A DNA stretch of 64,000 nucleotides from a virus (taxonomy: Duplodnaviria; Heunggongvirae; Uroviricota; Caudoviricetes): IMG/VR virus record IMGVR_UViG_3300041407_000207, positions 52,090 through 116,089 of that record; one strand, given 5' to 3'. The position numbers and the translations under genes were made by a program. How positions within the stretch are numbered: the stretch's first letter is position 1; the number at the start of each line of letters is the position of its first letter. Below, in pieces: positions 7,917 through 18,820 of the stretch. The notes under the pieces were generated by a model that worked only from the letters and a program-made list of their open reading frames with translations, was not told the DNA's origin and made no database searches.

Positions 7917-9614
7917 ATGACTGACAAGATAACTACCCTTACACGGGCACAATTGGCGACCGCGATCCTAGAGATCAAAGGTAAGCCTCTCTCATTTAAT
8001 GAATACCTACCGTTCATCGACGTTTACGATCAGTATCCGGATGAGATGGTTCTGAAGTGTGGTCGTCAGGTAGGTAAATCGGTATCTCTATCCGGTGCTC
8101 TGGTTTCTAACAGTGCTTCTGTCCCTCACTTCAACTCTTTGTACATTGCTCCTCTCAGCCAGCAGACGAGTCGTTTCTCAACGGGATACCTCGACACCTT
8201 CATGGAGTCCCCGTTGCTTCAGAAGTACTACCGAGACACTAACTCTCGGAAGAACGTCTTTCAGAAATCGTTTAAGAACAAGTCCACGATCTATTTGGGG
8301 TATGCGGAGACCGAGGCTGATGCCGACCGTATTCGAGGCGTCAACGCTGACTTGCTCTGCGTGGATGAAATCCAAGACGTCAGCTTTGATGCCTTACCTG
8401 TTTTGTACGAAACCCTCTCTGCATCGGATTACGCATATAAGCGTCTTACCGGAACTGCCAAGACAGAGAACAACACTCTGGAGTTGAAGTGGAGAGCCAG
8501 TAACCAGTGTGAGTGGGTAATGAGGTGTGATGGATGTAGTCGTCATATTGCTGCTTACGACTACGAAACCTGCATGAAGATTCTCGAGCACAAGGACGGT
8601 CCTGGTTGTCCTCACTGCGGTCACACCATCGATGTAACCAAGGGGAGTTGGGTTTCTTTCAATCCAGAAGTTACTCGTAGCATTGGCCTGCATATCCCTC
8701 AGTTCATCATCGGGGCTCGAACCAAGCCTAAGAAATGGCGAGAACTGCAAGACAAGCTGACGATGTACAACCCTCAGAAACTTGCAAACGAGGTCTTTGG
8801 ATTAGCAGCGGGTATGGGTGGTAAGATTCTTACCCAGCGAGAAGCGATGCTTTGCTGCAATCTAGAGAAGACCGCCTTTGACGATCAGTGGCCGGTAGAT
8901 GACCGTGGTATCTTGCAGATTGCTCTCGGCGTTGACTGGTCTGTAACTTCAGCGTCTAAGTCATACACCATCATCACGGTAGTAGGGACGAATATGCTGG
9001 GTAAGATGTTTCTCCTCTACTCGGAGAGACTTAACGGTGTTGATATCCTGGACCAAGTACGGCATGTAATGTACATAGCCAGAAAATTCAAAGTTCAAAT
9101 GATCGCCTCTGACCGAGGAGTCGGGGTTCTTCAATGCCAGCTTCTTCAAAATGAACTGGGCAGAGATGTAGTTCAGCCAATTAACTACGTCGCATCTAAA
9201 GCGGCTCTTCGCTGGGATGGCATGGGCCAATATTTTGCGGCAGACCGTACGATGTGTATCGATTCGGTTATCATGAAGATGAAGCTTGGCAAAAACAGCT
9301 TTGAGACTCCGTCTTGGGATGTCACTGCTGGATTCTGGAGAGACGCTCTCAGCGTCCATGAAGAAGAGACTCGTGCAGGACGCCGTATCTATTGCAAACA
9401 TCCAGATATTCCAGATGATTGGTTGCACAGCGTTGTATTTGCTAATATCGGCTTGATGATACTTCGAAAAGAGTTCAAGTATATAGAAGCTCTCGAAGTC
9501 GGCACCAATATCCCACAAGCAATTTTCGCAGGTGGCTATGCGGATAAAGATGCGTGGGGCGCAGGAGATGACGACGACACTATGTTCGGTGGTCTCGGGC
9601 GTGAAGACTATTAA
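7917..9614 (+). CDS. terL: terminase large subunit, 565 aa
   Basis: Walker A KCGRQVGKS. Walker B LLCVDEIQD. C-terminal nuclease-like region. First gene of the late operon. Confidence 0.85.
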   Translation: MTDKITTLTRAQLATAILEIKGKPLSFNEYLPFIDVYDQYPDEMVLKCGRQVGKSVSLSGALVSNSASVPHFNSLYIAPLSQQTSRFSTGYLDTFMESPLLQKYYRDTNSRKNVFQKSFKNKSTIYLGYAETEADADRIRGVNADLLCVDEIQDVSFDALPVLYETLSASDYAYKRLTGTAKTENNTLELKWRASNQCEWVMRCDGCSRHIAAYDYETCMKILEHKDGPGCPHCGHTIDVTKGSWVSFNPEVTRSIGLHIPQFIIGARTKPKKWRELQDKLTMYNPQKLANEVFGLAAGMGGKILTQREAMLCCNLEKTAFDDQWPVDDRGILQIALGVDWSVTSASKSYTIITVVGTNMLGKMFLLYSERLNGVDILDQVRHVMYIARKFKVQMIASDRGVGVLQCQLLQNELGRDVVQPINYVASKAALRWDGMGQYFAADRTMCIDSVIMKMKLGKNSFETPSWDVTAGFWRDALSVHEEETRAGRRIYCKHPDIPDDWLHSVVFANIGLMILRKEFKYIEALEVGTNIPQAIFAGGYADKDAWGAGDDDDTMFGGLGREDY

Positions 9615-9650
9615 CTCTAAGCCTAAAATCTAACTAGAAGTGAGACATAG

Positions 9651-10157
9651 ATGAACAACGATTTTGATTTTCCAGAACAAGAAGCTAAGCCGGTTCCAAA
9701 AAAGACGAAAGGTACTAAAGCAGAGAAAGAAGTTGCTGCGGAACCCGAGGTGAATCTTCTCGAAGGAGGATCTCCAGAATTTGACGAAGCTGATCTGGAA
9801 CAGATTTTTGATGCCCTCATGTTCGACGGTTCGTATACCGAAGAAGTGAAAATCGGTAAACGTCTTTCGATAACCCTAAAGACTCGTACTGGCAAAGAAG
9901 CCCGTGAAGTTATGACTCTTCTCGATAAAGCCGGGTACAGCCTAGGCCTTACCGTAGAAAGCATTCGTGGTCTCTACAACCTAGTTCAGTCGGCCATGAT
10001 CGTAAATGGCAAGGATATCTCCGGCGAACGATTCGATAAGAAACTAGAGCTCATTGAAGAGATGCCTACTCCAGTAATTTCTGCAATGATGATCGCACTA
10101 GTTAAATTCGACCGTAAAGTAGAGGCCTCCGTACGTCACGGCGAAGAAAATTTTTAA
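9651..10157 (+). CDS. hypothetical acidic protein (scaffold-like?), 168 aa
   Basis: ORF with a ribosome-binding site. Acidic N-terminus. Confidence 0.4.
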   Translation: MNNDFDFPEQEAKPVPKKTKGTKAEKEVAAEPEVNLLEGGSPEFDEADLEQIFDALMFDGSYTEEVKIGKRLSITLKTRTGKEAREVMTLLDKAGYSLGLTVESIRGLYNLVQSAMIVNGKDISGERFDKKLELIEEMPTPVISAMMIALVKFDRKVEASVRHGEENF

Positions 10158-10186
10158 AAAGACCCTGGGCAGTACAACGAACCCGG

Positions 10187-10519
10187 ATGTATATGTCCGG
10201 GCTCGAAGTTCCGGGCCTAGGGTCGGTAAAGGATCGAGTACTTCGAAGATTCATGGACCATGAAATTCGAAGAAAGCTTAAGTCAGAGCAGATAACTTGG
10301 ACTATCGCTTATCTGGCGGCTGGGGAAGAAAACAAAGATACTTTGAAGAAACTATGGGCCGAGTTGGTTGACCTAGAGTTTGGTGGAGAAGTACCTATGA
10401 AGCCTATCCAACCAGAAGACGCAGATGAAGTCCGTTGGCTGAAAGAGTATGAAGCCATGAAGGCTAGAGATGTAAGACTGGTTCGTAAGGACGGCGTACT
10501 TAGCGTCCAGGGCCTTTAA
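10187..10519 (+). CDS. hypothetical protein, 110 aa
   Basis: ORF in operon polarity. Confidence 0.4.
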   Translation: MYMSGLEVPGLGSVKDRVLRRFMDHEIRRKLKSEQITWTIAYLAAGEENKDTLKKLWAELVDLEFGGEVPMKPIQPEDADEVRWLKEYEAMKARDVRLVRKDGVLSVQGL

Positions 10520-10540
10520 CCTTAGTAAAGAGTACCCTCT

Positions 10541-13500
10541 GTGAACTTGTTTCAAACTACTGCGAACGTCGGTAATAACTCCTTTCAGGACCCTCTGAAC
10601 CCCTTCAACACAACTCAAGGTTCCTGGGGCATTGATCCAACGTATCTCACTCCGAGCTACGCTGCACCGTATCGTCCTCAGTACCAGGGTCCACAGGGGG
10701 CTCCACCCCCAAATAATAACGTAGGATACGGAACTTCTCTGTACAACGTATTCACTCCATTCGGCGAAAGTCGGATGTATGGTGATACTGTCCAGCAAGA
10801 AGGTCCGTACTACTCCGCTCTTGCGTATAAACCTACAGATAACGCTGCGTGGGGTCTTCAACGAGGAATAGTTCCGGCCCTAGCTTTCGCTGCGGGTATG
10901 AAAGCTTCTTCCATGAAGGTCGCTTCGAATAGTGCTGCATATTCTGCAACCATGCATTCTTGGAGAGTTGCCACTGGCATGGCTCCGTCCATGGCTGCAT
11001 CTGCTTCTGCAAAAATAGGTATCGGTGCCAGAGTAGGTTCTTCGGTTGGACAGGGTCTTTCAAGAGGACTTACCGGAGGCCTCAGTGCTGCCGGAGTAAA
11101 CGTAGGTGCCAGGGCTGCTGGCGGACTAGCGGGTGCAGCAGGTTTAATTGGGGCAGGTGCGGGATCCCTTGCACTTCCACTGCTTATTGGTCAAGGTCTT
11201 AGTACGGTGGCCGATGAAGCGGTATTCGATCCATACTCGGCCACTCGATCTGGAGAGCAAAGTCTTCGTGCAAACTTCAGCCATATCATGGCAGGCCGAG
11301 GTGCTAACGGTAACTCGGTTACTGGTTTTGGGTCGTCTAGAGAATTCGCATCAGGTCTTTCTTCTAGACTGACCACCTCGAGTATTAAGGACATGAGCCT
11401 TGATACCTACGGAATGAACGACCTTACCGATATGGCGTCTAGGTCAGGTCAACTGGATGATGTTCAGTTAGAGCAACTTGAATCTCGCATGAAGAAATTG
11501 GCTAAACAAGTCAAAGTCATGATGCGTGTTGCCAACGAACCAGACTTCCGTGCAGCCATGGAGATGATGGCGGAACTGAAAATAGCAGGTGTGAGTGCAA
11601 ACACCGCAGGTAAAGTTCTGCAGAACATTGGTGGCTCATCAGCTATCGCAGGCATCTCTGCTCAAAAAATGATGAACACCGTTGGGGCTCAGGGTCAGTA
11701 CATCTATCAGAGTAACAACCTAACTCCATACATCGGTCAAACTCAGGCAGCACAGACTTACGGTGCGTTCTCTTCTGCATATCGCATGGGTCTTGTCGGA
11801 GATGCGACTATGGCCAAATTTGGTGGAAGAGAGGGGGCTACTCAACTTGCCGTTACCGGTCAAGTTAACGCAGCTCAAACTCCGTATAACCAAATAATGT
11901 TGATGAACCAGACCTTCGGTCGCGGTAATCAAGGAAGCGTCGTAGGAAACCTTTCAAGCTTTGGTCAGATGGCTGCAGCAGATCCTTTGGCGGCGGCAGG
12001 GGCCATGGGCATGTACGAAGGGGAGATGACCAGTAAACAACTGATGGAGAAAGGTCCGGGTGCAATCCTAGATCAGCTCAAGCAGATTTCTGGATCAATT
12101 CCTGGAATGCAAAACAAGGATGGTCAAATTGATGTGGAAAAAGCATTCCTGCTAATGACTCGTCAAATGGGGCTTCCGGAGATGGAAGCTAAAGCTGTTT
12201 TGAAAGAACTACAGATTTACGGCAAACAAGGCGCTAGAGACCAGATGTCTTCAGCTCTGAAAGGAAACATGCAGAGAGATACCATTAAGTTCTTAGAACA
12301 AGAAGGTATGGGCTCTGGTCGAATAAACAAACTCACGCTACCTATTAGAACTGCTTGGAAAGACTTTAAGGCAGGGGGAGCAGGTATTGTAGGTGATGTT
12401 CTCGAAGGAACTGGTGGTGTTGGGGATAGCATAGAGAACTGGGTCACCAACGCAAGATTTGGATCTTTGACCGAAGGGCTTGAAGCCAAGACTTTCAAAG
12501 ACTTCTCAGGAGAAGATGATCCCACCACCAAAGCATATGAACTAGAAGCTTCTAACGGACAGATTGCTAAAAAATGGTTTGCTAAATGGCCAGGGTCTTG
12601 GGGTGCTCAAGGTGCTTACAAGCTGGCTACTGGAAAGGACCTTATCGAAAATAATGTCGAAGCTATTGACTCGATCAATCGGTTGGTTAAATCCGGTGAC
12701 AAAGATGCTCGAATGGTTTCCGATCCAAATGCTACTCCTGATAAACGTAAGAAAGCTCTCGACAATCTGAACGCGGAAAATAAATTAAACAGGTTTTTTT
12801 CCAATACGGAACTCGATCAACTTTCCGGCCAGGTTCTTAACTCCGGAACTGTTGCAATAGAAGACGCTGGTCCGGTAACTAAGGCAGACAAAGTTCGTAA
12901 GGGAGTTACTGATTCGGTAGGTAAAGACGTAGATATGCTGAAGGGCATTTCTATTCTAGAAGCTGCTCGTAAGGTATCTACTGGTCAAGGGGACGCAGAA
13001 AGCGAGAAGCTGCTGCGAGATGTTTACGGTAAAGATTTGAACCGTACGCAGCTTAGAGAGAAATCCATCGATGTTTATAAAGCCTCTGCTCTCAACGGGG
13101 TAGCCCAACTGCCGAGCATGATGAACGGTAAATCTGCGGAAGATCTGGATAAAGCTGCACGGTCAGGAAGTACTAGTGAATTCGGCCCCGCAGCACCGGA
13201 GCTTAAGGCTGAGATCAAACGAATAGAGTCTTCTAATCTTTCTTCGGAAGAAAAGAAGAAGAAAATCAGTGAAGCTATTTCATTCTACCGCTCCAAAGCT
13301 ACTGGGATAGGTTTCTCTGCTACTTACGATCCTAAAATTCTGAGTGATAACAATCTGTCGGTTGATACCATTGATAAGGGCCTGGAAAGTTCCCGTGAGT
13401 TGTCTAAGCAGACTCTACAGATCAATGCGCTGGCGTCTCAGGGGGTTATCAACTTTGATACCAAGTACAGTTCTTTGGCAGCTCTCGATTTGACTAAAGC

Positions 13501-13639
13501 GGTAGATACTTTCGGAGAGTTTGTAGCGAAGCTTGACAGTGTAGCAGATAAATTTGAAAGAGCTGCTCCGGAGCCATCTACTAGTTGGTTTGATTTCGGA
13601 TCTAAAAATCAGAAGTCAGAAACTACGGGTAATAAATAA
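10541..13639 (+). CDS. large virion-associated protein, 1032 aa (Gly/Ala-rich N-terminal third, coiled-coil middle)
   Basis: GTG start. Position right after the terminase. Composition typical of portal-fusion or internal virion proteins. Function not assignable by eye. Confidence 0.5.
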   Translation: MNLFQTTANVGNNSFQDPLNPFNTTQGSWGIDPTYLTPSYAAPYRPQYQGPQGAPPPNNNVGYGTSLYNVFTPFGESRMYGDTVQQEGPYYSALAYKPTDNAAWGLQRGIVPALAFAAGMKASSMKVASNSAAYSATMHSWRVATGMAPSMAASASAKIGIGARVGSSVGQGLSRGLTGGLSAAGVNVGARAAGGLAGAAGLIGAGAGSLALPLLIGQGLSTVADEAVFDPYSATRSGEQSLRANFSHIMAGRGANGNSVTGFGSSREFASGLSSRLTTSSIKDMSLDTYGMNDLTDMASRSGQLDDVQLEQLESRMKKLAKQVKVMMRVANEPDFRAAMEMMAELKIAGVSANTAGKVLQNIGGSSAIAGISAQKMMNTVGAQGQYIYQSNNLTPYIGQTQAAQTYGAFSSAYRMGLVGDATMAKFGGREGATQLAVTGQVNAAQTPYNQIMLMNQTFGRGNQGSVVGNLSSFGQMAAADPLAAAGAMGMYEGEMTSKQLMEKGPGAILDQLKQISGSIPGMQNKDGQIDVEKAFLLMTRQMGLPEMEAKAVLKELQIYGKQGARDQMSSALKGNMQRDTIKFLEQEGMGSGRINKLTLPIRTAWKDFKAGGAGIVGDVLEGTGGVGDSIENWVTNARFGSLTEGLEAKTFKDFSGEDDPTTKAYELEASNGQIAKKWFAKWPGSWGAQGAYKLATGKDLIENNVEAIDSINRLVKSGDKDARMVSDPNATPDKRKKALDNLNAENKLNRFFSNTELDQLSGQVLNSGTVAIEDAGPVTKADKVRKGVTDSVGKDVDMLKGISILEAARKVSTGQGDAESEKLLRDVYGKDLNRTQLREKSIDVYKASALNGVAQLPSMMNGKSAEDLDKAARSGSTSEFGPAAPELKAEIKRIESSNLSSEEKKKKISEAISFYRSKATGIGFSATYDPKILSDNNLSVDTIDKGLESSRELSKQTLQINALASQGVINFDTKYSSLAALDLTKAVDTFGEFVAKLDSVADKFERAAPEPSTSWFDFGSKNQKSETTGNK

Positions 13640-13851
13640 TGTCGGGTAATGAACCTAAGATAGTTAACAGATTGATAGCGATGACTCCGAGAGAGATTTA
13701 TCTCCAACGAGTCAAAGCTACCTATGATGCATTTCGCTATAGCGCCGTTGGTAAAGATTACATCCCACCAAGCTTCGGCGGACTATTCGGCCAACAAGTA
13801 ATGGTCAGCAGCCCCAATATTCTCGAGCTAATCGAGTTTGAGTCCAACTAA
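13639..13851 (+). CDS. hypothetical small protein, 70 aa
   Basis: taATG coupling on both sides. Confidence 0.4.
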   Translation: MSGNEPKIVNRLIAMTPREIYLQRVKATYDAFRYSAVGKDYIPPSFGGLFGQQVMVSSPNILELIEFESN

Positions 13852-15323
13852 TGTCTAACGTAAGTAATCTGAGAGATACCGTAGGCGGAGCGGTGTCTTA
13901 CATCGGAACCGCAAAAGATACTGCGGCAGGGATGCTGAAAGATCCTCTCGGAACCCTTACCGGAAACAAGGAAGCCGCAGGAGGATCTGGTTCGTCGGGG
14001 TCAGGTACCATTCCACAATCAGAACGTGCATTTACTGTACGTCCTAGATCTACGCCTATTGATAACGACAATAAATACACTGCGAATCGTGGACCTATTG
14101 CATCTATCAAACTGATGACTGATAAATCTAGTTCTGAAGTTTTGAGTGCTATCACTTCGGGTAACGCTCCTACTTCTGGACAAGGTCTAGACTCAGTAGC
14201 CAACTCTCTTCTGAGTGATACTGGCTATACTGATTTCCTGCTTACGAACGTAGACGTGGCTTTTAACGAAAAAGTCCAGATCAATGAAGTGTTCGGAGAT
14301 TCTGAAGTAGTCTACTACTTCGGTCGAAGCCCCGTGCAGTTTAACTTCTCAGGTCTATTGTTCGACGACGTTGATAACAACTGGTTCTACCGGTTCATGG
14401 TGGCCTACTGGGGTATCCTTCGAGGAACTCAGATGGCTAAGAACCACCAGTTGGCACAGATCAATCTTCCGAACATGACTATCGTAGGCACTATAACGGG
14501 AATCAGCTATCAGCAAGATGCATCTCGAGATACTGACATTAGATTCAACATGCAGTTCTTGGCCAAGTCTATTGTTCCAAGACCTGTATTGCTTCCTTCT
14601 GAGCTATTGAACAACGATGCTTTGAAGCTGAACATCAAACAGGCAGAAACCCCGGCTAGATTCCAAGACGTAGCTTCGATAAACAATATCAAAAGAAACG
14701 TAGAAAGTGCCAAGGCATACCTCGGGTCTACCATAGGTAAAGCTGATGGGTTCATGGGGGATGTAGCTTCAAACATCGAGGGTTTTGCCGGAGGCGTCAA
14801 TGACGCAATTGGCGGAGCAATCGGTGCTGCCAGAGATTTCTTTGACAGTAACGTCGGAGGATTTCTATCGGTAGCTAGTTTGAGAGCGAACCTTATCGCA
14901 CCGGTCTATGGAGTTCTTACTACCCTTACGAAAGTAGTGAAGTCCATAACTGGCCAAGTGTTGTCTCTGTTCAACACCGGTAGCTCTTTTGTAGGAGATA
15001 TCCTGAAAGATATTCGATCGATATCTAATGAAGCTATCTCTCTGGTGAATGCCATAGAAGGAGGCATCAATGATATTGTCGGATCTTTTGAAGCTGGGGC
15101 CAACGACTTAAGGCGAACCATACAATCCATTAAAAATGCTGTCGGAGCAATAACTCGTTCTCCGGAAAACATTTCTAATATCCTGAAACGTCTATCTAAG
15201 ACTGGCCATAAGGCTGGTTACATAGCGTCCCTTAAATCAGGTCGAAGATCGGCAGCCAGGGTCGCTCTAATCAATTCTGGATCCCCGTATAATTCTGGAT
15301 CTGGAGCAACTCTCTCGGGATAA
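13851..15323 (+). CDS. virion structural protein, 490 aa (Gly/Ala/Ile repeats in the C-terminal half)
   Basis: Operon-coupled long ORF. Confidence 0.45.
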   Translation: MSNVSNLRDTVGGAVSYIGTAKDTAAGMLKDPLGTLTGNKEAAGGSGSSGSGTIPQSERAFTVRPRSTPIDNDNKYTANRGPIASIKLMTDKSSSEVLSAITSGNAPTSGQGLDSVANSLLSDTGYTDFLLTNVDVAFNEKVQINEVFGDSEVVYYFGRSPVQFNFSGLLFDDVDNNWFYRFMVAYWGILRGTQMAKNHQLAQINLPNMTIVGTITGISYQQDASRDTDIRFNMQFLAKSIVPRPVLLPSELLNNDALKLNIKQAETPARFQDVASINNIKRNVESAKAYLGSTIGKADGFMGDVASNIEGFAGGVNDAIGGAIGAARDFFDSNVGGFLSVASLRANLIAPVYGVLTTLTKVVKSITGQVLSLFNTGSSFVGDILKDIRSISNEAISLVNAIEGGINDIVGSFEAGANDLRRTIQSIKNAVGAITRSPENISNILKRLSKTGHKAGYIASLKSGRRSAARVALINSGSPYNSGSGATLSG

Positions 15324-15326
15324 TAA

Positions 15327-16193
15327 ATGGGCTCGTATTCAGGTTTTTTGCTGCTAGAAGACTTATTCGATAATTTGCCAGACATCAGTACGGCCTTGTA
15401 TAACGAGGCCCAGCAACTCTTTTCACCCACGGTTAAGGTAGTTGAAGAAAACTGCAATACTAGTTTGGGAGATAGGATTACTCTTGATTTCTCTCAAGTA
15501 GGTCAATGGGATTTAGCCCTAGATCGTAGGCTCACTCGAGAAGATATCGAATTTTTCTTGAGCCAGGGTAGTTACAACCGATTTATACGAAATCCACCAC
15601 ACTGCATAAGTCCAGGTGGGATTTGTAAAAAATGCTACCAAGCAGTGAATCCTGGAGAAGCTATTCCAGCAGTAGGCTCTACGGTAAAACTAAAAACCTA
15701 CTTAGTAGTGGCTACTCAGTACACTATGCTTAGTGAAGGTGACGGCTCCGTAATTCTAAATACTGACGGGTCTGATATCACACGCGTATCAGTATACTTC
15801 AATGATGTGTACACCTCTAACTACACGATGTCTGAGATAGATACAGGAGAACTGCGTCTTACCTATAATGGCGTAGTTACCAGCTCGGACTCTCTATTCA
15901 TTCGAATGTTTAAGGATACCTCTTCTCCGTACATGAGCTATTTGTCGGCCACGTACTCCGGAAATCTACTCGGTGCTTCATATCTGGAAACCGGGGCATT
16001 GCCAGCAAGGGCTTCCTTAATCAAAGAACGGATCACGGAAAGTCGTCTGGCATCTCTGGAAACTGCGCTTGGTGAATTTTCTCAGTACATACCACCTACC
16101 TATTTGAATTATATTGCTAATATCAAAGACCCGTTAGAGCGGGAGCTGTACATCCTAGCTTTGTACGGTGTGTTCTACGACGTGGGAGTGTAG
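15327..16193 (+). CDS. virion structural protein, 288 aa
   Basis: Operon-coupled ORF. Confidence 0.45.
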   Translation: MGSYSGFLLLEDLFDNLPDISTALYNEAQQLFSPTVKVVEENCNTSLGDRITLDFSQVGQWDLALDRRLTREDIEFFLSQGSYNRFIRNPPHCISPGGICKKCYQAVNPGEAIPAVGSTVKLKTYLVVATQYTMLSEGDGSVILNTDGSDITRVSVYFNDVYTSNYTMSEIDTGELRLTYNGVVTSSDSLFIRMFKDTSSPYMSYLSATYSGNLLGASYLETGALPARASLIKERITESRLASLETALGEFSQYIPPTYLNYIANIKDPLERELYILALYGVFYDVGV

Positions 16194-16196
16194 TAA

Positions 16197-18623
16197 ATGG
16201 GTTTCGATTTAACTGGTAACCAGAATCTTGGATCTATCGCATCAAGTCCACGGACAGATGTGATGTTCCAGGAATTCAGCTTGTACATCGAAGGTGTACA
16301 GGTCCCATTCATGGCTATCAACATACAGTCAAGCCTTGGCTCATTACCCCGCATGAATATCCAAGTCCCATCTCAAACTGGACTTATGGAGATCTGCAGG
16401 TATTACGAGCCTAAGGTGCATGTATTCTACAAAGATCCTGTGACTCAGGAGGACTGCCTGTTCTTCTCTGGAAATATCGTATCTACCACCTACTATAAAT
16501 CCACCCAATCTCCTGGACAAAAGTACATAAGTTTTAACTGTGAGCACCGCTATGCAAAACTAGACATGGTTACCATGGATTATTCCGGGTACGCCAGTGA
16601 TAGTAATGCCAGCGTGACAAACACCAACGAAGGTGAGGCGGCAGTAAAAACAAACGTTTTCAACTCCCTACAATCCATAGGCATGGCACTCACGGGGATC
16701 GATCCTCTGAAAGTCGGGGGCAGTGACGAAGTAAATATCGTAAACCTAAAAGACAAAACGAGAGTTCCCCAGTATGACTCGGTACCAAAGTACCTAGAGG
16801 ATCTGAAATACCGATTCACCGGATTTCCTGGCGTACCTCTGAACATGTGGAATCAACTGAAAGCCCAGGCTTACCAAAATCCAATGATGTACGAGGGAAT
16901 GACCCGTATGTACATTCCGATGGTGGAGCAGGGAACGCAGTTGTTCCGAAGAATCGGTGGACATTTTCCGGTAGAACAACAAATCAATGATTCCAAATGT
17001 GATCCTTGTACTTCAGAGTCTACCGGCGACCATTCTCTAGAGACTGATCCTAGGTTGATTCCTCCTGCCCACAAGACCCTTATGCAGTCTGCCGTCCAAG
17101 CAGATATCTCTACGCAAGTAATTTATACCGTAGGGCAATTCTCAGGAGAGTTGACTTCGTATCTACAGATTCTTCAGAATTTCATGATGTCTGTAGAATA
17201 CGACATGGTGTTTTTGAATGCTCCTGCGGAAGTTCCAAAAGATCCTCGAACCGCAGAAGCCGGAGTAGATACCTCGGCGATAGACGTAATCGTTAAGCCG
17301 CAGATGCCACATTACTACTCACCTGCGTGTAACGTAGTTCTCCCGCACATGATCGTCTCCCTGAATATCAACCAAGACGAACAATCGGTACCTACTCGAA
17401 TTACTGCTGTAAACGATAACGTACCTCAGAGTTCTGGACAATTTGGAGTTAACTACCGAGCCCCGCAATCCGTTCTAGAAGCCATTGCGAAAGGTATCGC
17501 TGAACTAAATGGCGATTCCGAGCACTACGCGTCTCTAGCCCGGACCACTTCGTCTTCTCAATTCAAAATTGGTAAGTACGAACAAGGTCGTGGTATTCGC
17601 CACCAGAGAATTCAACTTCCTAAGTGGCTGGCTATTCTTGCAGAAAGCATGCAGCAGGAATCTCCTAGCTCAAGTGAAACTCGTCCTGCCGATACAACCC
17701 CAGAAGGTATTCAGGTTGAGAAGTTTAGAAAAGCATGGCAGTACCGGTACGATCAGGACGAAAAGAAAAAACAACTGAATCCGTGGGATCAGTCTTCGGA
17801 GATAAACAGTTATCAAAGAATGTTGTTCGCTGCGGCCAACTATAAATTCACGACCGAGACTGCTAAAGCTAGAACGGGTAACTGCACTTTGATTTTCAAC
17901 CCGTACATTGTCCCAGGCTACCCGATGGACATCATCGACCCTACTCCTACAGAACCTAGCTTCCATGCGTTCTGCGTAGACGTCTCTCATACCATCACCT
18001 CCAGAAGTCTTCAGACAAGCGTATCTTTTGTTTCTGCAATGAGCTATCAAGAGCTTGGAAACTACGAACAGCAGTATACGCACCCCTGGCTTCAGTCAGT
18101 CACGGACACTCTTTCAGAAGAAACTGATGAGACCGGGAAAACTATCTATAAAGCAACCATCGTAAATAACACGGTTGCCAGAGACACTGCTTCCAAGTTC
18201 TACCTATCTACCCTAGGTGTCGGTGCAGCAGCTCCAGAGTTCCTGTACGACTTTTCAACCGGTACTCCATACCCACATACCAGATTGAATGGATCACCAA
18301 CTACGCTAAGCGAAGGGAGCACCACAGCCCACGTATCTGGTGAAGGGAACCTAGGCCTAGTATTTAGACCTGTTGAAACTAAAGCTCAGTACGAGGAGAG
18401 GTTCGGAGTTAAATTCATTGATATGTCTGCTGACAACTACGGCCCTATCGTATTCTCGTATGAAGAACCTATTCTTGAAGAATCAAGATTGATGGAGCCT
18501 GGAGAAAGCATGTTTTTGGATTACTCTGACGATCCTGCACCTTCACGAGATGAGATTGGGACTATCCCAACTCCAGTGGTAGCTTCAGACGACGATGGCT
18601 CCTCAGGAGAGGTAATTGCATAA
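16197..18623 (+). CDS. virion structural protein, 808 aa
   Basis: Operon-coupled long ORF. Confidence 0.5.
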   Translation: MGFDLTGNQNLGSIASSPRTDVMFQEFSLYIEGVQVPFMAINIQSSLGSLPRMNIQVPSQTGLMEICRYYEPKVHVFYKDPVTQEDCLFFSGNIVSTTYYKSTQSPGQKYISFNCEHRYAKLDMVTMDYSGYASDSNASVTNTNEGEAAVKTNVFNSLQSIGMALTGIDPLKVGGSDEVNIVNLKDKTRVPQYDSVPKYLEDLKYRFTGFPGVPLNMWNQLKAQAYQNPMMYEGMTRMYIPMVEQGTQLFRRIGGHFPVEQQINDSKCDPCTSESTGDHSLETDPRLIPPAHKTLMQSAVQADISTQVIYTVGQFSGELTSYLQILQNFMMSVEYDMVFLNAPAEVPKDPRTAEAGVDTSAIDVIVKPQMPHYYSPACNVVLPHMIVSLNINQDEQSVPTRITAVNDNVPQSSGQFGVNYRAPQSVLEAIAKGIAELNGDSEHYASLARTTSSSQFKIGKYEQGRGIRHQRIQLPKWLAILAESMQQESPSSSETRPADTTPEGIQVEKFRKAWQYRYDQDEKKKQLNPWDQSSEINSYQRMLFAAANYKFTTETAKARTGNCTLIFNPYIVPGYPMDIIDPTPTEPSFHAFCVDVSHTITSRSLQTSVSFVSAMSYQELGNYEQQYTHPWLQSVTDTLSEETDETGKTIYKATIVNNTVARDTASKFYLSTLGVGAAAPEFLYDFSTGTPYPHTRLNGSPTTLSEGSTTAHVSGEGNLGLVFRPVETKAQYEERFGVKFIDMSADNYGPIVFSYEEPILEESRLMEPGESMFLDYSDDPAPSRDEIGTIPTPVVASDDDGSSGEVIA

Positions 18624-18820
18624 TGGCCACTACATACACTACAGATACTGGCGTAGACCAGACTTCTAAACTACCTACGGGAGTTGCCTCATCCGGCAAT
18701 CTCTCGGGTACCTCTGACGCTTTGACTTGTTTTAGGGAACAGCAGTTCTCACAAAAACTACAGGTTTTCCTGGTCAGCTACGTCATGTCGGTTAGCTCTC
18801 CTTACGCGGTTTATAAGTAA
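18623..18820 (+). CDS. hypothetical small protein, 65 aa
   Basis: ATAATG-type coupling on both sides. Confidence 0.3.
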   Translation: MATTYTTDTGVDQTSKLPTGVASSGNLSGTSDALTCFREQQFSQKLQVFLVSYVMSVSSPYAVYK